Part shown: positions 1-12,036 of the stretch, piece by piece
How positions within the stretch are numbered: position 1 is the first letter of the stretch
How the letters are laid out: every line of letters begins with the position of its first letter
Source of the DNA: Takakia lepidozioides
Taxonomy: Eukaryota; Plantae; Bryophyta
DNA length: 64,000 nucleotides
Assembly: GCA_030704615.1 (NCBI GenBank)
Contig: CM060733.1
Location: 44,950,001 to 45,014,000 of the forward strand
Direction of reading: 5' to 3'
The notes under the pieces: model-generated
Told to the model about the DNA's origin: nothing
The model's database searches: none
What the model saw: the letters and a program-made list of their open reading frames with translations, nothing else
Program-made: the position numbers and the translations under genes

Positions 1-120
1 GAGGGCGAAAGTCACTTGGTACTCTGATTCACAGTGACTCTAGGATACTGCAAACTGGTTTGCCCAAGTAGTTGAGCAGAAATTCAATTTGATTCATACC
101 TTGATAGCGTTTTGCCACAG

Positions 121-2043
121 GTGGGACGGTTGAACTGAGCGCAAGTCCTGGAAACCCACACATCGCAGGCACAACTACCTACTCACTACGGGCATATGGG
201 TGGAATCCTGGAGGGGACCTTATAGGCCCGTTGAAGTACGAGTTCCGCTATGTACTTGGGGACCCCACAGGCGGTTACTTGAAGGAGGTCATCATCCGCC
301 CGGTATCGCTCGTAAACAAAGTGAGTGAGGTGTTGGTGATGTCTGGTACAGTTACATTCAGGGTCTACATAATCAATCCTGGGCCTGTTCGGTTTCTGCC
401 CAACGACGCACCCTACGGTGCACTCTTCGAGTTTGAGCCAATTGTTTCGAAAAAAGGTCTCCGCAGAGGCTTGCTCGGCCTTCCCTCCACGGTCACCAAC
501 TATTACAGCTTTGCCAAGAAGGGAATGTACTATCGATCCCTTGTAGCCATGGAGGCCTACGGCAGCGCAACGTTCCCCAAACCAGCAGGTCAGTCCCAAA
601 GCTTTTCAGTACAGCGCTAGATCTCAGATGCATAGTGAACAACATGATGAGGCTGCTCTGTAGTGATTAAGTACGACACAGATCTTCAATGCGTTGATGC
701 CTGATCCTAGCAAACAGAAAACCCAAGCCACATGTATGCACGTTCAATCAAACAAACCCGCAAAAAAACGTAAAGAAATCAGTGTATCAATCTAACAGAA
801 GTCTGTTTAACTAACGTCCAGCGAATTAAAAATACTGAGATCATGAACTTAGAACTGAGTCATCATTTGGATGTTGTTGTAAATCAAGAGGCGATATCAT
901 AATGCAGGCGGCTGCGGAGGGGGCGGCAACAAGAAAGTGATCAAAGACATGTTAAAGACGATAACATTCAATGACCCACAGTACCCAGCAGCCAGCCAAG
1001 GCAATGCGGTCCAGTCGGGATCGGGCCCCTACATTGCTTTGTTAACTGCGAGTGTTTACAGCAGAATCATAAACCGCCCAGGGAATTTGAACTTTGACGA
1101 GTTCAAAAATGCACTGCACATTTTCCTAGAAAAGCTTGACAAGGTTGCAATGTATGGAGTCAAGGTGCCCACAAGCATTAGCAGGCCATACGAGACTTTT
1201 ATAGATGCAGGTGATGCGTTTGTGAAGGCAGTGAAGCTAAAGTGCTTCAAGAGTTCCACCCAGGCACAAGCCATGATGGATCGGACCTCCATCATCCCAA
1301 TCTGGCTGGCAGAAATGTTATACCGCGACAACGGATTTGAGTCACCCAGTGTAATTGAGCGTTCAACGTTCACTGTTGGAGCCCTGAGCTTCAAATTGCC
1401 CCAGAATGCCAACAACCCACTGGGGGGACCAATCTACCTGTCTGGACAAATGGGTAGCTTCTTTGCCACAATCACACTACAGAAGGGCGGGGGCAACGAG
1501 TTTGGCATCGCAGCAAGCTGTTTTACCAAGTTCAGCCCTCTTTCAGCAGCAGGCACGTCCTCATTAAACAGGGATAAGAAGCTCATCAAATTGTTGCAAG
1601 TTTGCGACTTCAGTATCCTTGGACTAACTGCAGCTGACTTCTTTACGCTCACCGTCACTGGTTCTTTTATGAATCTCAGAAGAATTGGAAAAGGGTTAGC
1701 GTACAAGGCACTTCAGCTGGACAGGCATGGATATGCCGACCCCTCCATCCTGCAAAATGTCGTCCCTGCAGTAACAGGAGTATCCTTCAACTTTGTGGGA
1801 TCATATGCACGAATTGCCCTCGTCAAAGTCAAGACAGACAAGAGCTTCACCCCAGTTGGATGGCAAGGTATGCACGAGAAGTTCAAACCTCCCAAAGACA
1901 AGTATAAGCCACCCCAGGATTTTGTAGCTAGGGCCGAACGTATGGTGTTTGCTGAAAGTCAGAGTGCTGCAGAAAGTCGAAGGAGAGGGAGAGTGTGGGG
2001 TATCGTATTTGTTGTCTTGGCACTAGCCCTTCTGCACCGATAG
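121..2043 (+). CDS. 3' part of a spliced orphan gene: exon 121-588, intron 589-907, exon 908-2043. The product has a hydrophobic C-terminal tail (TM or GPI signal). Its 5' exons lie outside the window.
   Basis: The acceptor tttgccacag ends at 120. The frame is open from 121 to 588, followed by donor G|GTCAGT at 589 and acceptor atgcag ending at 907. The phases match (phase 1) and join ...FPKPAG to GCGGGGNKKVIKDM... The last exon is stop-free for about 1.1 kb and ends RRRGRVWGIVFVVLALALLHR*. I do not recognise the family. Confidence 0.7.
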
Positions 2044-3765
2044 TAAACAGGGCACCAGCCAAGTCTTATTCCATTCCCAATTTTGAGTGAACAGCCTGCA
2101 ATCCCATCTTTGTTGGGCAAAGGTAAGCAGATGCAGCTGCTACAAGAAGGCTCATAGGCATATTCAGGGTTCCCATCAGCCCTCTCTCGAACAAGGATGC
2201 CGAGAGATCTATTGAGTTTTGAGTTGTCTGGGCAGTTTCAGTTACGGTAAGCTGGTAGAGAAACCAACCAGTATTTGTAGGTCAGAGGTGGTCCCAGGGT
2301 AGTTGTAGAGGGGGCCCCTTGTTGAGTCAACTTGCAATTGCAGTGCTGAGATACTTTCCGTTGTGTCATTGCGACAAGAGATCATGAACTTGCCCACTAA
2401 ATAATCCCTCCACTCAAAAAGGTGAAAGAGGGAGAAATTGTGGTGCTTTACTACTGCACTGACGAGTGGCCAATCTCAATTTTAGTTTGCACGCTGCAAC
2501 TTCCATGGTGCTCTACACCTGGACTCTTGCAGTCATCCCGTGGCTCTATAAGTCTGAACATTCTGCTACATCTGTTAGCCAAAAATTTGATACCCGTATG
2601 GATCTTCAACAGGTACACTTTGTGTTCTATGGCATTTGCATGCAGCTAGGATAAGTCATCTCAATCATTCAAAGCTAGTGGCAGAGTGGGCAATCTGAAA
2701 TCTGCGAATTCCAAAGCAGATTTCATCCTGGTTGTGACCGTGGACAATGTTAGGCTTGTCCTCCCTAAAAGTGGGCACTAGCCATCGGCTGGGACAAAGT
2801 AGTTCTCTTGATCGTTATCATCCTTGTCAGTCCAACAGAATCATCAACAAAAATGGAGAGGGACACTTATGATGGTGTCTGGGCTTATGCCTAAGCCTGG
2901 AATTCAGAAGTGTGACAACCCGCTGAAGAAGGTCCGGGGTACGAATTCACTGGTCATGCAAGGGCTGCCTTGACATCATAACACCATCATACTTCTCTCC
3001 CTCTCTCTCCAAGCATCTCCCTCTGTCTCTCTCTCCCCAGAGCCCGAGCATCTACTGTACAGTTGAGGGCAATTGGAACCCAGGCAATTTTGGCTTTTCC
3101 AAGCGCAGTGACACACTAACCCAAATCTTTGGAAATACTAGAGTTGATCCCAGCAGCCAGTTCAGGAAGGAACTGCAAATACCAATTAATATTTGACGCC
3201 TCCCCAAGGAAGCGCAAATTATGGTGTCTCTTCACCCTTCCCCTAGGAAGGTGGACCCCATTGTGACACAATTGGTGGATTGAACCCACGACCACTTCCG
3301 AGGTGGTATGTCCCCATTACCACCAGGCTACAACTTGGTTGTCTGCAAATTCCTCTCAAAACTCGATATTGCAGCACCTCGATCCTCTATCGAGTTTGCT
3401 ATATGGTAATCACTGTTGGGCACCGAACAGTCGACGGAACCGTCGGCGGAACCATCTGGCATACAATTCGCTTTCCAGTCAGACTCAATTCTTCTTGTAA
3501 TATGAATGTAATAAATAAACCTTATGTTGCAAATTGCTCAAATATCCGAATTTCCAGATGGGTGGTGTTATGTTTGTTAATGTACTAAATTTAATCCATA
3601 TTAATGTGCATGCCCCGCATATATTTTCCTTTATATTTAAAATTGTACGGATGTGAGTGGATGAATGTATGACGATGAATGTTCGGTGCCGAACATCCTC
3701 TTTGGATGACAAATGTCCGTGATTATACTGTACGCGGTAGGTTACGATGAGTGTATGCGTAATGA

Positions 3766-5750
3766 GTGACCGCATTCTGTTCTCAAGAATTTGCAAATGG
3801 ATTTCGCAACAACGTCATCCGTCACCAAGAACCCTCTGTTCATGCCTACGCTTCGAAAGAAACGGGAGTCGGATCCGACGTCTGTTGGCGACTTGTCTTT
3901 GTTAGAGTCCATGCGCGATTGGGCGGAAAGAGCACTGGAAGCGTCAGCATAGAACCATACCTTCTCCTCAATTTGACATTTGATGTTTGCAAGCCTCCTC
4001 CCTATGTTCCTCTTTGTCGGATGAAGCAATTGCCTACAGTGAGGCTACCACATAGAAAGGGCATCAGCCTTCTCAAAGGATTCTTCGAGGTGGACAGCTA
4101 TAATGAATCTTTGGCAGGATTCCTCGTAACGCCTGTAAACGACAAGGGGGAGGACCTGGATATCAGGGATACATATATTGCAAACTGGGACTCACATTCG
4201 AAGGTCGCCAATGCAGAATTTGAGTAGGAGCTGGAGACGAACGCAAACCGGCACTAGTTGAGAGGGAAATTCTTGTTCATCTTTGATGGCAACCACAGAT
4301 GGTATGCATGGACTAAAGTCATCATCAAGCTACACAGAAACGATGTTGACTGGCATATCCGGGTGCAGGCGTATATGCTGGACATCAAGCAGCACGACAT
4401 GGGCTTGGTTTGCCGGGCCATGAGGCGCATAAATGTGTAAGTATCTTCAAGTTTTTTCACTGTTGTCTCGGCTCCTACGACAATTCATAGCGTGCTCCCG
4501 TTTTCATGGCCAATAGCTTGAGTTTTTGTCTTTTGTCCTCTGCTCAGCTCTGTATTCTTTGTTTTTATGCCGAGTTATACAAAAAGCCCGGGTGTGGAAC
4601 GATCTCAACCAGGCTATGTACTTTTTCAAGGAGACGGTAATGACCCCGCTGGAGGACTTCCGAGAGAACGCTCTGAGTCTTGCTCTGCGTGAGAAGTGCA
4701 AAGGGAAGAGAGACAGTTGGATGACTTTGACTAAGGAGACCCTTGTGGAGTACATTGGTGCAGAGACTCTTCGAAATTCCCGCAATCTGGCCATACAAAC
4801 ATATATGATGATATTCCTGGACCAGCAGAATGAGGCTAACTGCCAAAAGCGGATAGATACAGCATGTGTCGTTGAAAAGAAGTTTTTGACCAGCCGTTTC
4901 ACAAAGTACGCAGTCATTTGTGATCCTCCCCACACAGAAGGGTTCTTGTTTGAGATCACAACCCACTACAAACAGCTGCGGCCACACCCGAAACCGGAGA
5001 TGCAGCTGGAGAAGCTTCAGCAGATTGTCTCATTTGCAGTTCCAGGGCCGGAGAAAGTTAGCTGGCTGAGAATCTGGATGGAGACCCGGCTTGTAGGAAT
5101 AACAACTACTTCCCAATTGGTCCAACAAACAACACAATCGCAAAGTTTTGTGACAGAGCTACATGGTGGTATTAGTTGAACTCTTTATTTTTCTGCTTTG
5201 TTGGACGTTCATCTGCACTGTTATGTTTCCATCATCAGTTCGGCGCCGAATTAGGAGGTCTCACAATGTGTCGTTCATTTGTTCAGGATATCAAGGAGGC
5301 TCAACGGCAGCTCGATCAACTTCAAGATACCTCAAAATTCGTCATGCCCAACATAGTCGGCATTGTTGACGACCTGTCATCTTACATCGAGAAATGGAAG
5401 CTGAAGTACTATGACAGCTTATTTCATATCGAATACAAAGAGGGCATGCGTCAAAGTGTGCAGCTCACAAACCAATCTGAAGAGCTAAGGTAGTCTAAAC
5501 TAGTTATGTCCATCATTAAGGTACACATGTTCCATTGGCTGAGATAGGTCCTAATGCATCCAAATTATGGTGCTATAATTGTCGAGGATTAGGGCATGAT
5601 CCCCAACATTGTCCCAACCTTATCCATGAAATGAAACCTCATCCAGTCCAATATCCTCCACTAGGACAGGGATATACGAAACCATTATTAGCCGGGTGAC
5701 AATGGTTAGTGGGCAGTTGTAGGATTGAGTAGATCAAAAGCGGCACATGT
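3766..5750 (+). pseudogene. Spliced gene with a ParB/Sulfiredoxin-like N-terminal domain, probably transposon-borne, decayed and interrupted by an LTR at 5751
   Basis: One frame runs from 3766 to 4436 with two in-frame TAGs (4225, 4255) and contains FLFIFDGNHRWYAW (DGNHR at 4285-4299). There is a GTAAGT donor at 4437, further exon-like frames at about 4580-5090 and 5287-5489, and an acceptor ttgttcag ending at 5286. Confidence 0.6.
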
Positions 5751-6436
5751 TGTCACGGACATAGCCCAAGGGAACTTACCAGGAGTAAATACCAGAAATT
5801 ATCAAGTTATCATATTACCAAAAATTACCATGATTTATCATGATTTATCATAAGTTCTCATTAGTTATTAAGTTACTGGAAGTTGAGAACAATTTGGAAA
5901 ACTGCTTATAAAGCTCCAAAGGAAACTTCTCAATCAAAATATCTCATTTGTTTAAGCAAACTTCTCCATCAAGAAACCTCCATCGGGGAAGCTTCTTAGA
6001 GAACTTCTTAGTAGCTAGTATATGTAGAAAGCGAGATTGGACACTCCTTAGTTTCGCCAACACAAGTTAAGCTACTTTTGTTCTCAGTCCCAATGCCCAG
6101 TTCAGCTTCCGGTACTCTAGCCCAGTTTCTAGTATCTGGCACTCTAATCCAGTTTCTAGTATCTGGCACTCTAATCCAGTTTCCAGCATTCTAGTATTCC
6201 AGTCGAGTTCCAGTATCTTGTACTCTTGTCCCTTATTATAAAGATCATCTTGATTCATATTTATCCATCACGCCGACCTTGAGTTCTTGTCTATTCTTGT
6301 ACTTCTAGTCTGATATCTTGTTTGTGTTCAGTCATGTTCTCATCCTTGACAGTTTTGCGAGCTAAAGTTTGTTCCTTAGTTAGTTAAGATGGAAAGCAAA
6401 TTTGCGAAAATGGTCGCCACCTTACAGAGTCTTCAG
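5751..6436 (+). mobile_element. 5' LTR (5751-6351) of a Gypsy chromovirus plus leader and probable gag start, truncated at about 6436
   Basis: TGTCA...TGACA termini. By eye it is about 80% similar to the reverse complement of 30961-31552. A TATA-like motif lies near 6019. It is preceded by CATGT and followed by gttttgcgag and an ATG (MESKFAKMVATLQSL). Confidence 0.8.
6100..6225. repeat. About 27-bp tandem repeat inside the LTR (ccagtttctagtatctggcactctaat, 2 near-perfect plus degenerate copies)
   Basis: Directly visible. The sister LTR has fewer copies. Confidence 0.85.
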
Positions 6437-6440
6437 CTCA

Positions 6441-6870
6441 GGGGCCGTGGTGGGTGGGCCAAGACTCACCGCGACTCATCACCGGGAGTCGAGGGTTTTC
6501 GTGGTGGTTCGCCATAAAATGGCATGGTTGTTTGTGAAACCCCCGCGGACAGCTACAGAAGTATATATAGGGAGTAGTAACCCCGAGAACGGTGCAAGCC
6601 CGTTGGTGACCAAAAACTAGTGAGTAAGCGAGCGAGCCGGAAAGCAACCAAAAAGTGGGGAGCTGTTCCGGACTGCCAACTACCAAAGGGAATTCCCGCT
6701 GGTTCCAAATCGGTGGAGGGTTCTTTGGGAGAACAAAGGCGGACCGTTATGCCCCGGTGAGCAGCCGCAGCTCCAAGTTGGTCCGGCGGCCAGGTTGGGA
6801 GTTAGGCGCGCGCATCAAAGCGAGTAACTATGACTTGAGGGGGGAGCTTACCGAAGTGAGGTGTGCGACA
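6441..6870 (-). mobile_element. Truncated LTR, same family as the solo LTR at 44563-45287
   Basis: Its reverse complement aligns to 44563-44990 and it retains the TGTCGC terminus at 6870. Confidence 0.85.
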
Positions 6871-6965
6871 CTAAATGTGGGAGCATTGAGGATGCCAAGG
6901 GAGTATTCAACACTATGGCTGAACCAGATGTGGTGTCGTGGAATGTGATGCTTGCAGGGTGTGCA
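6871..6965 (+). pseudogene. PLS-type PPR gene fragment
   Basis: Translates to KCGSIEDAKGVFNTMAEPDVVSWNVMLAGC, a typical S/P PPR motif. Confidence 0.75.
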
Positions 6966-8499
6966 GGGCAGGAGCGCGGGATGGGGCTTTGGACACCTGA
7001 AAACAAATGATGGGGAAAGGAGTGAAGGTACCTTCTTCAACATATTTCACCATGTTTTCCCTGCTAGTGTTTGCTTTGACAATTCTAGGCTATCATTGTC
7101 AGCTGCTAGCAGCAAGGCGAGGATGTATGCATGATTTGTGAAGAGGAATGGATAGCTGAAGGAGCAGGGATTTCGTGTGGGTCCAGATTCATCCAAGAGG
7201 GCCAGATTTCAAGCACAATATTACCTGTGATTTCCTATGGATCAATAGCTACAAGAAACTTGCATGGGTAGATGGTCAACTGGCAACAGCGGCACAAGTG
7301 ATAAAATCTAATGAAGGCATCTTCTTCAACATATTTCACCCTGTTTTTCCCTCTTATCAGAATCGGCCCTAAATTTCTATGTTCAATTCTGCAAGTTAGC
7401 TGGTTGAGTGAATCTAATTTGGAGTGACTTTGACATGATACTGCCAATGTGACAACAGAAAGTGTCAAAAAACAGGTAACAGAGATGAGGAGAAGCTGTG
7501 GAATGAATACTTATCTGAGCCCAGTCACCGATGGGTCAACCGGGGCAGAAAGGTGAATGCCTGCTACATTTCATAGAGTAGCAGACGCAATTGAGCATAG
7601 GAACTAGTGTGCTACGCTGAGTTGGGTGTTTCCTAGAACAAATGTAGGCTGTCATTGTCAGCTGTTAGCAGCAAGACAATGATGAATGCTTGATTTGTGC
7701 AGAGGCATGGATAGCTGAAGGAGTAGAGATAGAGTGTGGGTGACGCAGGGTGCTGGGCAATGGGCAAGACGTCTTTGTATAAACGTGAATGACCTTCATA
7801 TCCTTCTGGCTCTCATTTTTAGTGCATGTTTCTTTGTGAAGTATCTGACGACTTCGCCAACACACACCAACCTTTTTGCTTTGGTTTGTTTACGAGTCCA
7901 TGGGATAGAAGTTACCATAAACAACACTGGCATTGGTTTTTCATATATGGTATTAGATAATTCTCTTAATTGTTTCCGCCTGGCAGGTTGCTCAGTGACC
8001 GTCCCTGGACGCTTTGGAGTATAGCGAGTGAGTGTCTCACAATGCAATGTTGGTTGGTGCATCTTATGCAAGAACTTGGAAAACAAACAAATGTCCTTGC
8101 TGTAGTAATTCTTAAAGCCAAGCAAGCCTTAGTTTTTGATGGGTTGCATATTGATGGAATACATGAGTAGTTAGAAGATACTGGGTGAACACTTTTCAAA
8201 GTGTTATAGTTAGACAATATAATTCACATGAGAACATGTAACTATTTTATGTATTTTTAGATTGCGACAAAAATGATAATGATAATTAGATTGATAAATA
8301 GAGATGGTTTACAATCTCTTGGTTTTGCTCAGTTTGTTGCAGTTATGCCTTGCTGCCTTGTTCTCTTTGTATTATATATTATATATTATATTTCATTGTT
8401 GCAATAGACATGTACATGACTGCTATCATAGTCATAATAATGACTACATCTATTTTCACTCTCCAATAGTACTACACCACGTGGCAGAAATACAAATAT

Positions 8500-8922
8500 A
8501 TAAAAAATAGCAATACACCCAAAAAAACACCCATCATGACACATGTCAATCTGCTGAGGGACCACGTGTAAAAACTGCAACGCACCACGTGTTGCAACCG
8601 GATTAGCACGCCCGTAGTCATAGTTCGCAGTCATGGAGAGCAAACACTCTGCCACGTGTCATTTCCTGTATTGAGCACGTGTCACTCTTGCACAGCCGCT
8701 GACATGGACTACACTGTCCGTTCAGTCATTCAGTAAAGCCAGCGTGTATGACTACCCCCACAGCTGCTCAGGCGCCACGTCACAACAAGCCTGGAGAGTC
8801 ATATCTGCCAAGTCACAACTGACTAGGCTTTTACGTCTTCAGAGTCAGGAAGTCGTAAATGGCTTCCATAACTGCATTTGCAATCATAACACAGAGACGT
8901 AAAAGCCGCAATTTGTTTAGTG
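8500..8922. mobile_element. One end of a CACTA (EnSpm) element
   Basis: Ends in TAGTG at 8918-8922 (reverse complement CACTAAACAAAT). It has subterminal inverted motifs ggcttttacgtct/agacgtaaaagcc and repeated gtcata/tgacta and cacgtg motifs. It abuts the truncated transposase exactly. Confidence 0.6.
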
Positions 8923-10510
8923 GATAGCCTCAAAGAACTTGACGACTAGATGGGATTCTGGCACTTCAGATACAAACAGTGGGGAGGGTTCATGACAAGA
9001 GTAAGGTCCCTTCTTAATTTCCGAGGCTTGCATGAGTTCAATTTATGGTATTACCCCTGTTGACGTGTCTTTTCTTCAATGCTATTAGCTTTTGAAGTAC
9101 AATAATAAATGGAAAGGATATTTTGTGCAGAATATGTCTCTGGAGGACATAGTGGATATGCCTTCCTGTAATCTATCTGAGACTGTGCATAGTGTGTGGA
9201 ATGCGCAATCCGGCAAGAACGGACGGGACCTGTATGTTGCCACTTCGGATGACATGGTCCGAGCACTTTCGCAACAGACACGGTACCAGGATTTCCTTCG
9301 TGGACGCGATTCTGGTAAGGGGCCAGACAGGGCGGAGTTGTAGTTGAGGGCTGCAAATAGATGCAAGAATCCTGCTAGAATGGCAAAGGTTGTAAATGAA
9401 TGCACAATGGGGACACCTCTGCAATTCAGACATCATCATCTGGAAGGTGAGGAGAGATTCGGTTCAAGCAAGCGCAAACTGGACACCCCTCGGGGATCGG
9501 ACGATGATTCATATCGACATGATAGGGATAACTTTTTGGTGCCACGTGTGCCCGTGCCACCCACTTTCGTGCACGCAACATCCTTTGTGGCTAAATCTTC
9601 CTCGACAGAGTTCACGGAGTCGACAACTACAACTACACGAGAAGAAGGGGCAAACCTGCTGCCCATCCAGGAGTCTGATGGTGCAGACGCGCTGTGGCAC
9701 ATAGAACGAACTCCGTAAGGCTCAAAGGTGAAATGTTCCGCTATCAGGGCAACGTCCTTTGTGAAGTGCACATCTATGATTTGTAGAGCCCCAGCAAGGA
9801 CTCCAAGCACCAACTTTCACAGGGTTGTTCAAGCATTATAGTGCGCGGGAGGCTAGGCCTCACAAATTTTGGTTTTGTCTTGATGACATGAACGTTGCGG
9901 GATGGGAACTGTTCGTGATTTGGTGATAAGCAAACCTCAAATCCCAAAAGTTTGGCTAGTTAAGATGGGAACTACATTATCTACACAGAAATTGACATGA
10001 TGGAGGATGCAGGATTTCGGCTCCCAAGAAGACCAACTGTCATGACGGTTAATTCTTCGCATGATTTCCCTTTTCCTACACGCCCTCCACTTGGCAACGA
10101 CTGGCCTACGAAAAGAAATGGAAATGTGGTCCGGCGGGTTGAGGCAGGCGCAGAGCACGAGTGCAAGATTGAATCAGCAAAAACCCTTCAGTGTCGGATC
10201 ACCCACGTTGTCGATGTTCCCCCACCAGGCTACGGACGGGTGTATAGTATGGTGACGATGGGATCTGTTCTTTACAATAGGGCATACGAGGTAACAGTTT
10301 CCAATTTCCCAGATTGCACTTGCCCAGACTTCAAAAACACAATCTCCAGTTCTCTAGGAAAGAAGGCAAATTTGTGCTATGCAAACATTTGTACTACATG
10401 TACATTCAGAGGATGTTTTGTGATCCAAAAGAGACACATACATTCACCAATGTACGATAGGGCCTGCTGATGTTATGACACTACTTGAGCGAGATAGTAC
10501 TGCACAAGTT
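8923..10510 (+). pseudogene. C-terminal half of a MULE-like DDE transposase with a SWIM zinc finger, decayed
   Basis: GFWHFRYKQWGGFM is followed by a phase-0 intron at 9001-9130 (GTAAGG..GTGCAG) and then PSCNLSETVH, which resembles the MULE N-x-x-E catalytic motif. A Cys-rich segment lies at about 9700-9950. The SWIM motif FPDCTCPDF...(frameshift)...CKHLYY is at about 10305-10400. Stops and frameshifts are present. Confidence 0.65.
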
Positions 10511-11089
10511 TGAGATGTTCTAGGGCATGACTTTGCAAAGCCTGGGCTGTTTTTCTGTGACATCCGGTGATAGATGACAAAGTCGCCTTTATATGGAAAA
10601 AGCTTCAAGCTGTTTGATGGCAACACTTTCTTGACGCAGAAGCCATCTCCTACCCCACGTCATGATCAAATGAATGACAATGCTTTGTACACTTTCCAAT
10701 TTCGACCGTGCTTTCTGAATATACCCCAATCTTACATGGACCTTCACTACTGGCATTGTTTATACGACATGTATATTGTTAGTACGTGAGGGAAATTTAT
10801 ACAACTTCAAAGCAGTGGAGGATGGCCTACTTCATTCAAACATCGTTCAAGCTCTTTCACCCCAAATGTCATTGCTCTCATCCATTGTATATTCATCTGT
10901 ATTTTGATGTCCCTCATTCATCCTACATTCATCCATTCCACAAACCCATTCATCCGTACGGATTTTGTCTCGCACTATTCTCAAATTTCCATTCATGTCT
11001 TGCGTATGTTGCCCCCCTAAACCGTAAACGTCGTCCCCGCAACAATAGGTTATGCTTTTCCCATGGCTATAGGCTCCGCTTTCATTCTA

Positions 11090-11220
11090 TGCTCACGCTT
11101 AAGAAATGTGCTCACACTTAGGAAATGTGCTCACGCTTAGGAAATGTGCTCGCACTTAGGAAATCTGCTCACGCTTAACGAAGTCTGCTCGTGCTTAGTC
11201 CGCTAAGCATGAGCGCGCTC
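11090..11220. repeat. 19-bp tandem repeat (gctcacgcttaggaaatgt, 5-6 copies) ending in a hairpin; probable subterminal repeats of the SWIM transposon
   Basis: The repeat units are directly visible. The last unit folds back: gctcgtgcttag-tccg-ctaagcatgagc. Confidence 0.8.
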
Positions 11221-12036
11221 ATGTGCTAGCTTCCCTCCCTTACTCATGGACAGTGCCCACCCAGTTATGGGAAGGAGCAGAGGAAAAGAATAGCTATTAA
11301 TGGACATGAGTTAACGTCAGCTAAGCGGCCCGAAAAGACAGTTTGGAACATGCGACCCGGACAGAGGGAGATGAGAGAGTGTTTGAATTCAAACACATGG
11401 CCTAAGGGGCAAAGCACTCCGCATTGCATGTACTGCTATAACGAACGCCATCACACAAGAAGACAAATAGGGCCGTCAAAGTACCTACCCGGTACAGCAG
11501 CTGAAACTTATTATGAGCCCATTAATGCATCAAGAGGACATGTAATGGAACACTTTACGTGTCCGGCAAAGGGGAACCTTAATTTGCCACATATGTAGTC
11601 CATGTGGTCATTCCAAGATGGAATATGAACAGATTAGGGTAAAAATAAGAAGTTACATAATAAGGCAACGGCCAATTAGCAACGTGAATCTGTGCAAGCT
11701 GAGACTCCATTCAAGAAACAAGAACAAGAAACAAAGAAGATTATGAGTGGAAAAATAGGTGTTATCCCGAATAACCAGTGTCTCGACAGGAGGGGCAATC
11801 AAAGCTATAGCTTTGTAGCTATGGCGGATGTCACGGACTATAGACTAGCTCTACTTCTTACACAGTGGCGCAAGGAAGGACAGGTTGAAAGTACTTTCTC
11901 TCTCACTCACTATTTGCAAGCCCCGCAGGCTTACACTCACTTGTCTGTTCCATTCTGTGCTAATCACACTTTCATGTTATATGTATTACAAGCTTTCCTA
12001 CAGCTATTCCAAACAAGGCCTTCTTGTTTGTCCGGG

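Noticed and set aside
3766-4440. Bacterial parABS system or contamination
   Set aside because: The gene has spliceosomal intron signals, there is no ParA, and it is embedded in plant TEs.
11090-11220. CRISPR-like short repeat array
   Set aside because: The units are contiguous with no spacers, there are no cas genes, and the context is eukaryotic.
11188-11232. Helitron 3' end (hairpin plus CTAG)
   Set aside because: CTAG is followed by C rather than T, and the linked gene is a DDE/SWIM type with no Rep/helicase. It is kept only as an unusual terminus.
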